Shown here piece by piece: positions 50,546-60,742 of a DNA stretch of 64,000 nucleotides. The DNA comes from Gimesia sp. (lineage in GTDB: Bacteria > Planctomycetota > Planctomycetia > Planctomycetales > Planctomycetaceae). The translations under genes were made by a program, and so were the position numbers. The notes beneath the pieces are model-generated. The model saw only the letters and a program-made list of their open reading frames with translations. It searched no databases and was not told where the DNA came from. The stretch is taken from the NCBI RefSeq assembly GCF_002706765.1, contig NZ_PAJV01000050.1; one strand, written 5' to 3'. Position 1 is the first letter of the stretch. Each line of letters starts with the position of its first letter.

Positions 50546-52012
50546 ATGAATCTTTCTGGCAAATACTGGTTTCTGATACTGCTCCTGCTGACAGTGAGTT
50601 GTGTAGACAACCTGCTGGTCATCAGCCAGACGGTCAACCCGGGCTCTGCTCTGGTAATCGCCTTAACCGCTTCACTGGCGTGCTGGGCCTGGTTGATAAA
50701 ATGCATCAAAAACGATCAGCAGCAGATCACTGCCTGTCTCAGAAATCCTGATCTCAAGCGCCCCGATTTTCAGCGCAAGAACTTCTATGGAAAAGTTTTC
50801 GCAGAAGCGATCCGCAAAATGGAAGACTCCGATTCGGAGTTGACCTCGACCAATCAGGTCAAAACCATGCTCAAAGCCCGGGTGAATTCCCTGCTGAAAA
50901 AAGAAGCACTGGTCGAATCGGTCCTCGATAACCTGGAAACCGGCGTTCTGATCTTCGACGCGAAACACGAACTGGAATTTACCAATCAGGCTGCCAGCGC
51001 TTTTCTGCTCACCGGAACCGACCAGGACTACGCGAGTTGTGACTCCAGTCTCTCGCTGGGCAAACCCGTCGTTGAAAAAACAGTCATTCCGGCACTGGCA
51101 AAACTGCTGGCAAAAACCATCGAACGAAAAGAAGCGACATTTCGCAGACGTACTGAATTCGAATTTACCAGCAACGGTGTCTCTACCCAGTACCGTGCTG
51201 TTGCGACAAATCTGAGCGATGAAAATCAGGTCAGCCTGGGAACCGTGGTTGTGGTCGAAAACATCGGCGAAGAAACGGATGAGAAAACACAACATGCAGA
51301 ATTCGTCTCTTCTGTCGCGCACGAACTGAAAACCCCGATGTCGGGAATCAAAGCTTACATTGAAATGCTGCTCGACGGCGATTGTGAACCGGAGGAAGCA
51401 GCAGAGCTTTACGGTTTCATTAACGATCAGATCGATCGCTTGACGCGCCTGGTCAACAGCATGCTGAATCTGGCGCGCATTGAGAGTGGCGTGGTCGAAA
51501 TTAAAAGACACGACCACGAGTTGAACGACATTCTGAAAACAGCCTCCGATGTGATTTCGCCAACCGCTACGGAAAAGGAGATCAAGTTTACCACCGAATT
51601 AAGTGATATGTACCTGCCCGTTCATGTGGACAAAGACATGCTGGGCCAGGCGATTATCAACCTGTTATCGAATGCGGTAAAATATACGCCCCATGGTCAT
51701 GAAGTGCGACTGCGGAGCCGGATGGAAGATACTTCCGCCGTGATTGAAGTCCGCGATACCGGAATGGGGATTCCGGAGAATTCGCTGCCTCATATCTTCG
51801 ATCGCTTCTACCGGGTTCCGGAAAATAACCGCTCAGCTGCGGGTACGGGCCTGGGACTGGCACTGGTTCACTTTATCGTGACCAATGTGCACAACGGTTC
51901 GATTTCGGTTCAATCCCGGGTCAACGAAGGCACCTGTTTTACTGTGACGATCCCCCTGGGACACAACGAACAGAAACGGAAAAAACAACTGATCCCACCT
52001 GTCAATGCCTGA
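50546..52012 (+). CDS. Membrane sensor histidine kinase (PAS-like + HisKA + HATPase)
   Basis: Two N-terminal TMs; H-box 'VAHELKTP'; 'NLLSNAVKY', 'DTGMGI', 'FDRFYR', 'GTGLGL'. Confidence 0.95.
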   Translation: MNLSGKYWFLILLLLTVSCVDNLLVISQTVNPGSALVIALTASLACWAWLIKCIKNDQQQITACLRNPDLKRPDFQRKNFYGKVFAEAIRKMEDSDSELTSTNQVKTMLKARVNSLLKKEALVESVLDNLETGVLIFDAKHELEFTNQAASAFLLTGTDQDYASCDSSLSLGKPVVEKTVIPALAKLLAKTIERKEATFRRRTEFEFTSNGVSTQYRAVATNLSDENQVSLGTVVVVENIGEETDEKTQHAEFVSSVAHELKTPMSGIKAYIEMLLDGDCEPEEAAELYGFINDQIDRLTRLVNSMLNLARIESGVVEIKRHDHELNDILKTASDVISPTATEKEIKFTTELSDMYLPVHVDKDMLGQAIINLLSNAVKYTPHGHEVRLRSRMEDTSAVIEVRDTGMGIPENSLPHIFDRFYRVPENNRSAAGTGLGLALVHFIVTNVHNGSISVQSRVNEGTCFTVTIPLGHNEQKRKKQLIPPVNA

Positions 52013-52070
52013 GTAGAATACGCAATTCACATTTCCGCATAAAAAAAGCTGTGAGAAAAGGAGTGAGAAA

Positions 52071-52460
52071 ATGAATCACCTGATTTATATTTGTGATGAT
52101 GATTCACACATCGTTCGTGCCATCAGCATGAAACTGAGAAAAGCAGGTTTTGATGTGGAATGTTTTCCCGATGGTTTCGCCTGCTGGGAAAAATCCCAGG
52201 AACAGGCACCTCACATGATAATCACAGACCTGCAGATGCCTCGCATGAACGGTCTGGAACTGTGTGAGAAAATTCGTCAGTTAGAAACAACCCGATTGAT
52301 ACCAATCACTTTATTGACAGGCAAAGGCTTTGAATTCGACCATGATGAATACATGCAGACCCTGAAAATTACGAACGTAATGGTAAAACCGTTCAGCCCT
52401 AAAAAACTGCTGACACAGGTTCAGGAATCACTCAATCTGACCAACGATGTAATTGGTTAA
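52071..52460 (+). CDS. Single-domain response regulator
   Basis: 'ICDDD', 'ITDLQMPRMNG', 'LLTG', 'KPFSP'. Confidence 0.95.
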   Translation: MNHLIYICDDDSHIVRAISMKLRKAGFDVECFPDGFACWEKSQEQAPHMIITDLQMPRMNGLELCEKIRQLETTRLIPITLLTGKGFEFDHDEYMQTLKITNVMVKPFSPKKLLTQVQESLNLTNDVIG

Positions 52461-52498
52461 GTCGCTCAAAAAAACATCATTTCCGAAACTCTTATTCC

Positions 52499-54010
52499 AT
52501 GCGAAACTATTATACTGCCATCCAGTTCTGGTCATATTCGCTGCTGGTAGTCTGCCTGTGTCCGCTCGCCGTATTCCTCGGTTCCTACATGGCCTGGCCG
52601 CTGGGAGTAGCGCCGCTCCTGCTGCTCGCACCACCCACGGTCCTCGCTGCAGTCTCCTCTCCACGGATCTGCTACTGGACGATTACTGCGCTTTCCGTCG
52701 GTTCCTGCTTTGCAGAAGTCTTCTTCCGGACGGATATCGTCAAGGGGAATAACAGCTACTCTCTGAGCATGCTGAGCGCTGCCGTTCTGATTGGCCTCGT
52801 CTTACTGATCGATCTGTATATGGGTGTCTTAAAAAGAAAACTCTCCCAGATTTACCAGCAGAACGATGAACTGGTTCGTCAACTGTACCAAACCCAGAAA
52901 GAAGCGTCCGCAAATCATCTGAACTCGGAAAACGCCGATGAGAAAAAACCGACACAAACTGCAGAATCCAAAGATTCACCCGCCGGCGAACTGGGCGTTA
53001 ACTATCCGCTACTCCTGCTCACACTGCAGGACATCGGTCGACGTATCTCCACAAATCAATCCAATGAATCCCTGATTCCCACGGTCATCAGTACTGCCAA
53101 AGCGTCACTGCAGTGTGAATACTGCCAGGTCTATCTGTGGGACAGTAAATCACGGTCTCTGAAAAATGCGTTGCCTGCCCGTGCCCGGGATCAGCTGAAT
53201 TATCGTCCCGTTCCTCACAGCGGCGTGGCTGCCTGGGTGATTGAACATCGCCAGATTGTCATGCGGAACGACGCCGAACAGGACTATCGACTCAGACGGA
53301 TCCTGGAAGAAGATCCGAACATGCCCGATGCCATCGCCCCCCTGACCGTCGGCTCTGATCTGATTGGTCTGCTGGTGATTGATAAAGTGGATGTGGAATC
53401 CCCCACCATCGGTCGGCTCCTGTATATTCTTTCCAATATCTATGCACTGGGCATCAAGAATTCCCAGTTGTTTAAACGGATTGAAGAAATGGCCAGCCGC
53501 GATGGTCTGACCGGTCTGTTCAACCATGCCACCTTCCAGGAAAAACTGCAAGATCTGGTCAAACAGGCGGATGCCCAGTCAAGTCAGCTCAGTATCATCA
53601 TGAGCGACATCGACCATTTCAAATCATTCAACGACACTTACGGTCACCAGGCTGGCGACTTTGTATTGAAAGAAGTCGCGCGGATCTGGCAGACCGTCAT
53701 GCCGGAAAAAACCATTCTCGCCCGCTATGGCGGAGAAGAATTCATCGGCGTCCTGGTGGATCATGAATATTCCCAGGCTCTGCAGATCGCTGAAGATCTG
53801 CGCGAAACACTGGAAAACTGTCCGATCCTGTTTGAAGGTCAGCAGTTGCAGGTTACTGCCAGTTTCGGTGTCACCGAATTCAGACATCCGGCAACGACCA
53901 CGAACGAACTGGTACGGATTGCCGATGAAAATTTATACAAAGCCAAAGAGGGTGGACGAAATCAGGTCATCGGACTCGATCCGAATTCCGCCCGGAAACC
54001 CGGTATTTAG
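52499..54010 (+). CDS. Membrane diguanylate cyclase (TM + GAF + GGDEF)
   Basis: 'DGLTGLFN', 'DIDHFKSFNDTYGHQAGD', 'RYGGEEF', 'SFGV', 'AKEGGRN'. Confidence 0.95.
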   Translation: MRNYYTAIQFWSYSLLVVCLCPLAVFLGSYMAWPLGVAPLLLLAPPTVLAAVSSPRICYWTITALSVGSCFAEVFFRTDIVKGNNSYSLSMLSAAVLIGLVLLIDLYMGVLKRKLSQIYQQNDELVRQLYQTQKEASANHLNSENADEKKPTQTAESKDSPAGELGVNYPLLLLTLQDIGRRISTNQSNESLIPTVISTAKASLQCEYCQVYLWDSKSRSLKNALPARARDQLNYRPVPHSGVAAWVIEHRQIVMRNDAEQDYRLRRILEEDPNMPDAIAPLTVGSDLIGLLVIDKVDVESPTIGRLLYILSNIYALGIKNSQLFKRIEEMASRDGLTGLFNHATFQEKLQDLVKQADAQSSQLSIIMSDIDHFKSFNDTYGHQAGDFVLKEVARIWQTVMPEKTILARYGGEEFIGVLVDHEYSQALQIAEDLRETLENCPILFEGQQLQVTASFGVTEFRHPATTTNELVRIADENLYKAKEGGRNQVIGLDPNSARKPGI

Positions 54011-54020
54011 ATATTAAATC

Positions 54021-54356
54021 ATGCAGATTACAACAGAAATCTTTGGACATGTAATGGTGGCTCATACACCAGACGAACTGACGGATGACACATCCACAGA
54101 ATTCGTCAACGCGCTGACTGCCGCCATTGATGAGCAACATTATCAGATCGTGCTGCAGATGGATCGCAGCGAAGTCCTGGACAGCGCCGGCCTGGAAGCC
54201 CTGCTGGACATTCAGGACCTGGCCCGGGAACAGGGGGGGAACCTCAAGATCAGTGGCCTGGAAGATCCGGGCAAGAAAATTCTGGAAATCACACGGCTGG
54301 ATCAGAGAATCGATCTGTTCGATTCCGTGATCGACGCCGTCTCCAGTTTTCAATAG
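54021..54356 (+). CDS. STAS-domain protein (anti-sigma-factor antagonist type)
   Basis: 'LDSAGLEALL', 'LKISG', 'ILEITRLD'. Confidence 0.92.
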   Translation: MQITTEIFGHVMVAHTPDELTDDTSTEFVNALTAAIDEQHYQIVLQMDRSEVLDSAGLEALLDIQDLAREQGGNLKISGLEDPGKKILEITRLDQRIDLFDSVIDAVSSFQ

Positions 54357-54375
54357 AAATTTTGATTAGTTAATT

Positions 54376-56124
54376 ATGAATACCAACTCACTGCTCCAAC
54401 CGAAAATGCGACTCGGTGATCTGCTCGTCTACAAAGAGTATATCACTCTGGAACAGCTGGAGTCCGCGCTGCACGAGCAGTCACAGGGAGATGGCAGCCA
54501 GCTGCTGGGCGAACTGCTGGTCAATAAAGAATATTGTACCGAAGAACAGATTCTGGAATGCCTGGCGCTGGAATATCGGATTCCCTATGTGCAGCTCGAC
54601 AGCCGCATGTTCGATTCGAAAGTCTTCGATGTTCTGCCCCGCGATTTTGTCGAAAAACATACCGTGCTTCCGCTGTTCAAAGTCAGAAATGTTCTGACCG
54701 TCGCTGTTGCGGAGCCGACGAACGTCTTCCTGGTGGATCAACTTCGAGATCTGACCAAAACGGAAATTCAAATCGTTGCGGCAAGTGCCCGCGAGATTCG
54801 GAAGATGGTGCAAACCTACATGCCGAATACGAATGTCTTCGTCATCGATGACATTATCGACGATGCGAATGGCACGAATGTCGAGCTGATCGAAGAATCG
54901 ATCGACGACATCGGCTTTGACGCCGAGTTTGCCGGCCAGAGCCCGATTATCAAACTGGTGAATTACATCATCTACAACGCTGTTCGCGAAGGCGCCAGCG
55001 ATATTCATATTGAGCCGACCGAACAGCAGTTGCGGGTCCGTTATCGTGTGGATGGCGTGCTGCAGCAGGCGCTGGAACCGCCGGTGCATTTAGCTCCCGC
55101 GGTGTCTTCCCGTATCAAAATTATGGCCAGCCTCGACATCAGTGAACGCCGACTTCCCCAGGATGGTCGAATTCACGTCCTGATGGAAGGTCGCCCGATC
55201 GACCTGCGTGTCAGTACGTTGCCGATGCCGACCGGCGAAAAAGTGGTGATCCGAATTCTGGATAACCGCAGCGTGAATATTTCACTGGAACAGCTGGGGT
55301 TCAGTTCCGAAGTTCTGGAACATTTTACCGAACAGCTCGACAAGCCTAATGGAATTATTCTGGTGACCGGACCCACGGGTAGTGGTAAGAGTACTACACT
55401 TTATGCGGCTTTGAATGCCGTCAGTTCGATTGAAAAGAATGTGTGTACGGTCGAAGATCCGATCGAGTACCAGCTCCCGATGATCAATCAGTTTCAGGTC
55501 AATGAAAAAATCGGGTTGTCATTTGCTTCGATTCTGCGAAGTCTGCTGCGACAGGATCCCGACGTGATCATGGTCGGCGAAATTCGCGATCAGGAAACCG
55601 GCAAAATTGCCATTCAGGCGGCCCTCACAGGCCACCTCGTCTTCAGTACGCTGCACACCAATGACGCCATTTCCGCCGTGACCCGACTGATTAATATGGG
55701 CGTTGATGATTACCTCATCGGAGCCGCGTTAAATATGGCGCTGGCCCAGCGATTATGTCGCAAATTATGCCCGAAATGCAAAACACCCTATGAACTGCCT
55801 AAAGCCATGCAGCTGGCTGTGGAACGCATCGGCCTGGATGTGGATGAATTTTATCGAGGGAAAGGCTGTAAACGCTGTCGAAATACCGGTTTTTCCGGCC
55901 GAATCGGCGTCCATGAAATTCTGACCATCGACGATCCACTGCGGGAAATCATCACCACGAATCCCACCGTGTCCGCAGTCAAGGAATATGCACAGAATCA
56001 AGGCATGATTCCGCTACGCTACGATGCACTGCGAAAAGCAAAAGAAGGACTGACCACCATCGAGGAAGCCCTCAAAGTCAGCGATGAAGGCTGGATTCCC
56101 CGCAAGTCCGCACTCAAACATTAA
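54376..56124 (+). CDS. pilB: PilB/GspE assembly ATPase with N-terminal MshEN-like domain
   Basis: 'RLGDLLV', 'ASDIHIEP', Walker A 'GPTGSGKST', 'VEDPIE', 'LRQDPD..MVGEIRD', 'TLHTND', tetra-Cys motif. Confidence 0.95.
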   Translation: MNTNSLLQPKMRLGDLLVYKEYITLEQLESALHEQSQGDGSQLLGELLVNKEYCTEEQILECLALEYRIPYVQLDSRMFDSKVFDVLPRDFVEKHTVLPLFKVRNVLTVAVAEPTNVFLVDQLRDLTKTEIQIVAASAREIRKMVQTYMPNTNVFVIDDIIDDANGTNVELIEESIDDIGFDAEFAGQSPIIKLVNYIIYNAVREGASDIHIEPTEQQLRVRYRVDGVLQQALEPPVHLAPAVSSRIKIMASLDISERRLPQDGRIHVLMEGRPIDLRVSTLPMPTGEKVVIRILDNRSVNISLEQLGFSSEVLEHFTEQLDKPNGIILVTGPTGSGKSTTLYAALNAVSSIEKNVCTVEDPIEYQLPMINQFQVNEKIGLSFASILRSLLRQDPDVIMVGEIRDQETGKIAIQAALTGHLVFSTLHTNDAISAVTRLINMGVDDYLIGAALNMALAQRLCRKLCPKCKTPYELPKAMQLAVERIGLDVDEFYRGKGCKRCRNTGFSGRIGVHEILTIDDPLREIITTNPTVSAVKEYAQNQGMIPLRYDALRKAKEGLTTIEEALKVSDEGWIPRKSALKH

Positions 56125-56182
56125 ACACCGTTTTAATAGCGCGGTGTGAAAAGATAACGAATCTCGAGAAAGAGACTCTTCC

Positions 56183-57253
56183 ATGGAAATGAATGATCTG
56201 TTACATGCTGCCGTTGACAGCAATGCGTCTGATATTCTGCTCGCCATTGATGCTGCGCCCATGTTTCGCATTGATGGAGAACTGAGAAAAACTGCGCTTG
56301 AGCCCCTCGATCCCGTTACGATCAGCGACCTGTGTGACCAGGTTCTCAATGAACAGCAGAAAGAAATACTCGAACGACAGAAAGATGTCGATTTTGCCAT
56401 TACCATCCCGCGACTGGGACGTTTCCGGTTCAACATCCATGTCCAGCGAGGTACTTATGCCGCCGCCATTCGCCGGTTTTCAAATGAAGTCTGTACCCTG
56501 AGCAGCCTGGATTTACCCCCCGTGGTGGAAGAACTGACACGCTTGAAAACAGGCTTGATCCTGGTGACCGGGCAGACGGGCTCCGGTAAATCGACGACGC
56601 TGGCTGCAATGGTCGAAGCCATTAATCAACGGGATGCCAAGCACATTATTACACTGGAAGATCCGATCGAATATCAGTTTCAGCATGGACGATCGCTGAT
56701 CGAACAGCGCGAAATTGGCGAAGACTGCCCCGGTTTTGCCTCCGGACTGAAGCACGTGCTCCGCCAGGATCCGGATGTCATTCTGATCGGCGAATTGCGG
56801 GATCTGGATACGATCCGCGTCGCATTGCAGGCAGCGGAAACCGGGCACCTGGTCCTGTCATCGCTCCATGTTTCCAGCGCTGCGGGAGTCGTGGATCGTC
56901 TGGTGGAAGTGTTTCCTCCCGAAGAACAGTCCCAGGTCCGCAGCCATCTTGCCGAGACCCTGCGGGGTGTTATCACACAAAAACTGCTGCCTGCAGCAGG
57001 AACAACGGGCCGCGTCCCCGCTCTTGAAATCATGCTTATGAACCGGGCCGTGCAGACCAGCATCAGGGAATCCACTTCGCATCTGATTCCCGGGATCATT
57101 TCGACGAGCCGGCGGATGGGAATGCAGACAATGGAACAGGCGCTGAAAGAACTATTACTGAATGGAAAAGTCGATCCGGACATCATTGATGAGCATCTTC
57201 AGGAGTTAAAAGGAGAAGCACCGAAAGAATATTCCCAGGGATTACTCGCGTAA
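56183..57253 (+). CDS. pilT: Type IV pilus retraction ATPase (PilT/PilU family)
   Basis: 'ASDI', 'GRFRFN', Walker A 'GQTGSGKST', 'TLEDPIEY', '[15 protein letters not shown]', 'AETGHLV'. Confidence 0.92.
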   Translation: MEMNDLLHAAVDSNASDILLAIDAAPMFRIDGELRKTALEPLDPVTISDLCDQVLNEQQKEILERQKDVDFAITIPRLGRFRFNIHVQRGTYAAAIRRFSNEVCTLSSLDLPPVVEELTRLKTGLILVTGQTGSGKSTTLAAMVEAINQRDAKHIITLEDPIEYQFQHGRSLIEQREIGEDCPGFASGLKHVLRQDPDVILIGELRDLDTIRVALQAAETGHLVLSSLHVSSAAGVVDRLVEVFPPEEQSQVRSHLAETLRGVITQKLLPAAGTTGRVPALEIMLMNRAVQTSIRESTSHLIPGIISTSRRMGMQTMEQALKELLLNGKVDPDIIDEHLQELKGEAPKEYSQGLLA

Positions 57254-57280
57254 TCAGGACCCACAAACAAAGGCACCCTC

Positions 57281-58486
57281 ATGCAGTTTACCTACACAGC
57301 ACGCAACACAAGTGGCCAGAACCAGACCGGTGAGCTGGTTGCTGAATCCCGCGAAGAAGCCGTCGCAAAATTGCGACAGGAAGGCTTATACCTGCTTGCG
57401 CTGGATGAATCCGATGCCAGTTCCGCAAATACGACCAGCATCGCGCGGAAAAAAAGGGTCCCGCGTAAGGAAATCATCTATTTCACCAACCAGCTGGCCA
57501 TCATGGTCGACGCCGGCGTGCCTGTGGCGACTGCCCTGGAAGGAATTTCAAAACAGATCGAAAACCCTGTGCTGGCAGAGATTTTAGCGCATATTCAGAA
57601 GAGTGTGGAATCGGGCAGTGACCTGTCGGCTGCCCTGGCCGATTTTCCCAGGCAGTTTGATCGCACTTATGTGAACCTGATCAAAGCCAGCGAAGCCAGT
57701 GGAACGATGCCACAAATGCTGAACCGGATCGCCGCCCAGGCAGAAGAAGAACAGGAAACGATCCAGCAGGTCAAAGGCGCCCTGATTTATCCCGCTATCA
57801 TGCTGGTGATGTGTGTGGGCGTCTGTATTTTTCTGCTGACCTACGTCTTTCCCAAACTGATGCCGATGTTTGCTTCGCGCGGCGCCGCGATTCCGGGTCC
57901 GACCAAAGCCATGATTATGGTTTCCACGGCAATGACGACATACTGGTATCTGATCATCCTGTTTCTGGCTGCCTTGGCAGGTGCCTTCTGTTACGTACGA
58001 AATCAGGCCTGGGGGAAATCCGCTTTCGACTGGATCTTAATCCGCCTGCCTGTCTTTGGTTCCATGCTGAAGAAGCTGGCCATCAGCCGCAGTATTCGTA
58101 CGCTGGCGACCACAGTCAATGCCGGGGTTCCCATGCTGGAAGCCATTGAACTCAGTTCCGGTGTGACCGATAACGTGCATTTTAAACAGAGCTGGATGGA
58201 AATCAGCGAACTCGTCACAACAGGTAAACAGATTCATGAGGCACTGGAAGGAAAAACGCTGTTTCCTCCGACAATGCAACAAATGATTGCTTCCGGTGAA
58301 TCCACGGGGCGCCTGGGTATGGTGCTGAATAAATTAAGTGATTACTTCGATCGCGAAGTCAAAATTGCAATTAAATCTGCCACTACACTGATCGAACCGA
58401 TCATGGTGGTCTGTATGGGTTCCATCATCGGCTTTATTGCACTTTCGATGCTGCTGCCGATCTTCACTTTGAGCACCAGCCACTAA
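57281..58486 (+). CDS. pilC: PilC/GspF inner-membrane platform protein
   Basis: 'FTNQLAIMVDAGVP', 'ASEASGT', 'YPAI', 'GESTGRL', 'IEPIM', 'MLLPIF'. Confidence 0.95.
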   Translation: MQFTYTARNTSGQNQTGELVAESREEAVAKLRQEGLYLLALDESDASSANTTSIARKKRVPRKEIIYFTNQLAIMVDAGVPVATALEGISKQIENPVLAEILAHIQKSVESGSDLSAALADFPRQFDRTYVNLIKASEASGTMPQMLNRIAAQAEEEQETIQQVKGALIYPAIMLVMCVGVCIFLLTYVFPKLMPMFASRGAAIPGPTKAMIMVSTAMTTYWYLIILFLAALAGAFCYVRNQAWGKSAFDWILIRLPVFGSMLKKLAISRSIRTLATTVNAGVPMLEAIELSSGVTDNVHFKQSWMEISELVTTGKQIHEALEGKTLFPPTMQQMIASGESTGRLGMVLNKLSDYFDREVKIAIKSATTLIEPIMVVCMGSIIGFIALSMLLPIFTLSTSH

Positions 58487-58519
58487 ATTACATTTGCAGC
58501 ACCGAACACCGCCAGCTGC

Positions 58520-59851
58520 TTAACGACGACGTTTCTTTTTCTTACCGGGAGGCGTTTTATCTGGCTCCGACGCTGGTTTGCTCTCTGTGTTCTGAGTCGT
58601 ATTTGCCTCTTCCGCAGAAGCCTCACTGTCTGAGGTTTCTGACGGTTTCTCGTCCGTTGGCCCGGTTTCAGCTGTTGGTGAATTCTCTTCTAAGGTTTCC
58701 ATCAGTCCCTGCGCCTGGAACTTCTCCTGGGAGAAGGCTTTCAGTTCCGTATTAAAGATCTGGATGAGAGCATGCAGACAGGATGCCACAATCGGGCCGA
58801 TAAACACACCCCACAGCCCCATTACCTGCAGTCCACCCAGCACACTGACGAAGGCCAGCAGTGGATGCAGTTTGGCGTCGCTCTGCAGCACATAAGTTCG
58901 AATAATATTATCCATCGTGCCGACCACCAGGGTGCCGATCAAAATCAGAAACACGGCAGATCCCCAGTGTCCCTGGTACATCAGCCATACAGCGCAAGGC
59001 ATCCAGATCAGCCAGGAACCCAGTAAGGGCACCATGGATGTGATGGTTGCCAGGATCAGAAAGATGATAAAGTGATCAAAGCCCACAATGGACAAGGCAA
59101 TCGCGGTCGTCAGTCCCTGACCGATGGCCGCCAGAAAGGTCGCAATGACCACCGCACGCACCACTTTTTGAAATTGATCAATAAGCTTCCTCTGGTAATC
59201 CACGTGCACGGGAATCAGCGACTGGGTTGATTCAATCAGCAAATAGCCATCCGCCAGGAAATAATAGAGGGCGATGATAAACATGATCCAGGCTACCAGT
59301 GCCGAGAAGAGGGTTCCCAGCAGACCGACCGTGGAAGCCGCGACACCCAGGGAACGCTTGGCAACGGGTACCAGTGTGGCCTGCAGATTCTTACGGATGA
59401 AATCTTCTGAAATCTGGGGCTCACCGGACTTGCCTTTCGTCACCAGTGAATCCATATCGTATTCCAGATACTCGTGCGACCAGTCCACAATCTGCTGAAA
59501 TTTATCGTTACTGATTTCGACTTTTTCGCGAATCTTTCGAACGGCCTTATTCCAGTTTGCTTCGTCGAGGGTATCGACAACGGTCGTAAACAGCTGCAGC
59601 GATCCCAGAAAGATTCCCACGCATAAGGGAATCAGAATGGCGGAAACAAGGATGGTCGTCGTCAACCCGGCTGCAAATCTGACATGCCCGTTGGTACGCC
59701 TGATAAAGTAATTCATCAAAGGCTGACTGATCATGGCAACCACTGCTGCCAGGAACAGAGGCAGAATGAAAGGCATGATGACTTTAAAGAACATGATTCC
59801 CAGAGCGAGAATCAGGCAGAAGATGACGCAAAGCGATACGAGCCGTACCAT
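58520..59851 (-). CDS. AI-2E (PerM) family transporter
   Basis: 'PLFLA', 'PLLGSWLIW', 'DNIIRT', 'HPLL', 'GVFIGP'; likely ATG at 59851. Confidence 0.92.
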   Translation of the reverse strand: MVRLVSLCVIFCLILALGIMFFKVIMPFILPLFLAAVVAMISQPLMNYFIRRTNGHVRFAAGLTTTILVSAILIPLCVGIFLGSLQLFTTVVDTLDEANWNKAVRKIREKVEISNDKFQQIVDWSHEYLEYDMDSLVTKGKSGEPQISEDFIRKNLQATLVPVAKRSLGVAASTVGLLGTLFSALVAWIMFIIALYYFLADGYLLIESTQSLIPVHVDYQRKLIDQFQKVVRAVVIATFLAAIGQGLTTAIALSIVGFDHFIIFLILATITSMVPLLGSWLIWMPCAVWLMYQGHWGSAVFLILIGTLVVGTMDNIIRTYVLQSDAKLHPLLAFVSVLGGLQVMGLWGVFIGPIVASCLHALIQIFNTELKAFSQEKFQAQGLMETLEENSPTAETGPTDEKPSETSDSEASAEEANTTQNTESKPASEPDKTPPGKKKKRRR

Positions 59852-60126
59852 GAACCAGTTCCATATTTTTGATTTTATCGATAAAGCGGCACGACCGATA
59901 CGATGATCGGACTCTATGGTATTTAACAACTTACAGCAATTTTCACAGAAAAGATAGGGAAAATTCCGGCTGGACTGGCTCGTTCATTTCTGAGCTCAGG
60001 TCAAATATTTTCATATCCAGATCACAATTTTTCAGGTGGATTCGCTACAATACAGTTTGCTACTCACCTTCAGGAATGACTTGCATCGGGATCAGTCTAT
60101 CTGTCTCGGCAGAACCGGAGTCTGGT

Positions 60127-60702
60127 ATGAAACGTTATATAATCTCTCTCCTGTCAGCAAACCGTGTCGGAATCATGGCTGCTGTGACTACAGCAATGGA
60201 CGAACTGGGTGCCAATCTGCATGAAGCCAGCATCGCAGTCATCCAGAACTTCTTCTCCATTGTGATCGCCGCAGATTTTCCGGAACAACGGGATCCGACT
60301 CTCATCCAGGAGCACATCGAAGGCATCTGCAATGCCTTTAATGTCGATGTTTCCGTCAAGGATCCGGATGTCGAAGTCCCCTCGATTCTTTCACCGGGGG
60401 AAAGTATAAAATATCTGGTCGCGATTACGGGAGAAAACCATGCGGGGATTCTCCGAAAAATTTCTTCCCAACTCGGCCAGGATGGAATCGATATTCTGGA
60501 CCTCTCGGCCACCAGTTCTGAAGACGGACAAACGTTTGACATGATGATTAAAATCGCCGTGCCCAAAACTCTGGATGTGCTGGAAATGCAAAGTATGATG
60601 GAACTGATTTGCAGTAACCTGGGCGTCTCGGTTGATTTTATCAGCGAATCGGATTCCGCCATTATCAGCTCACAAAGCCAGACGCGGATGTTCAAGCTGT
60701 AA
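60127..60702 (+). CDS. Tandem ACT-domain protein (GcvR-like)
   Basis: 'SANRVGIMAAVT' and 'GENHAGILRKIS' ACT motifs; ATG at 60127. Confidence 0.85.
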   Translation: MKRYIISLLSANRVGIMAAVTTAMDELGANLHEASIAVIQNFFSIVIAADFPEQRDPTLIQEHIEGICNAFNVDVSVKDPDVEVPSILSPGESIKYLVAITGENHAGILRKISSQLGQDGIDILDLSATSSEDGQTFDMMIKIAVPKTLDVLEMQSMMELICSNLGVSVDFISESDSAIISSQSQTRMFKL

Positions 60703-60742
60703 GCCTCCGGAACAGGATATTTCTGACGAAGAAGTCTCCAGG

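Noticed and set aside
39409-58486. Plain type II secretion system label
   Set aside because: A PilT-family ATPase and PilM/N/O argue for a type IVa-pilus-like machine, although T2SS-like function cannot be excluded.
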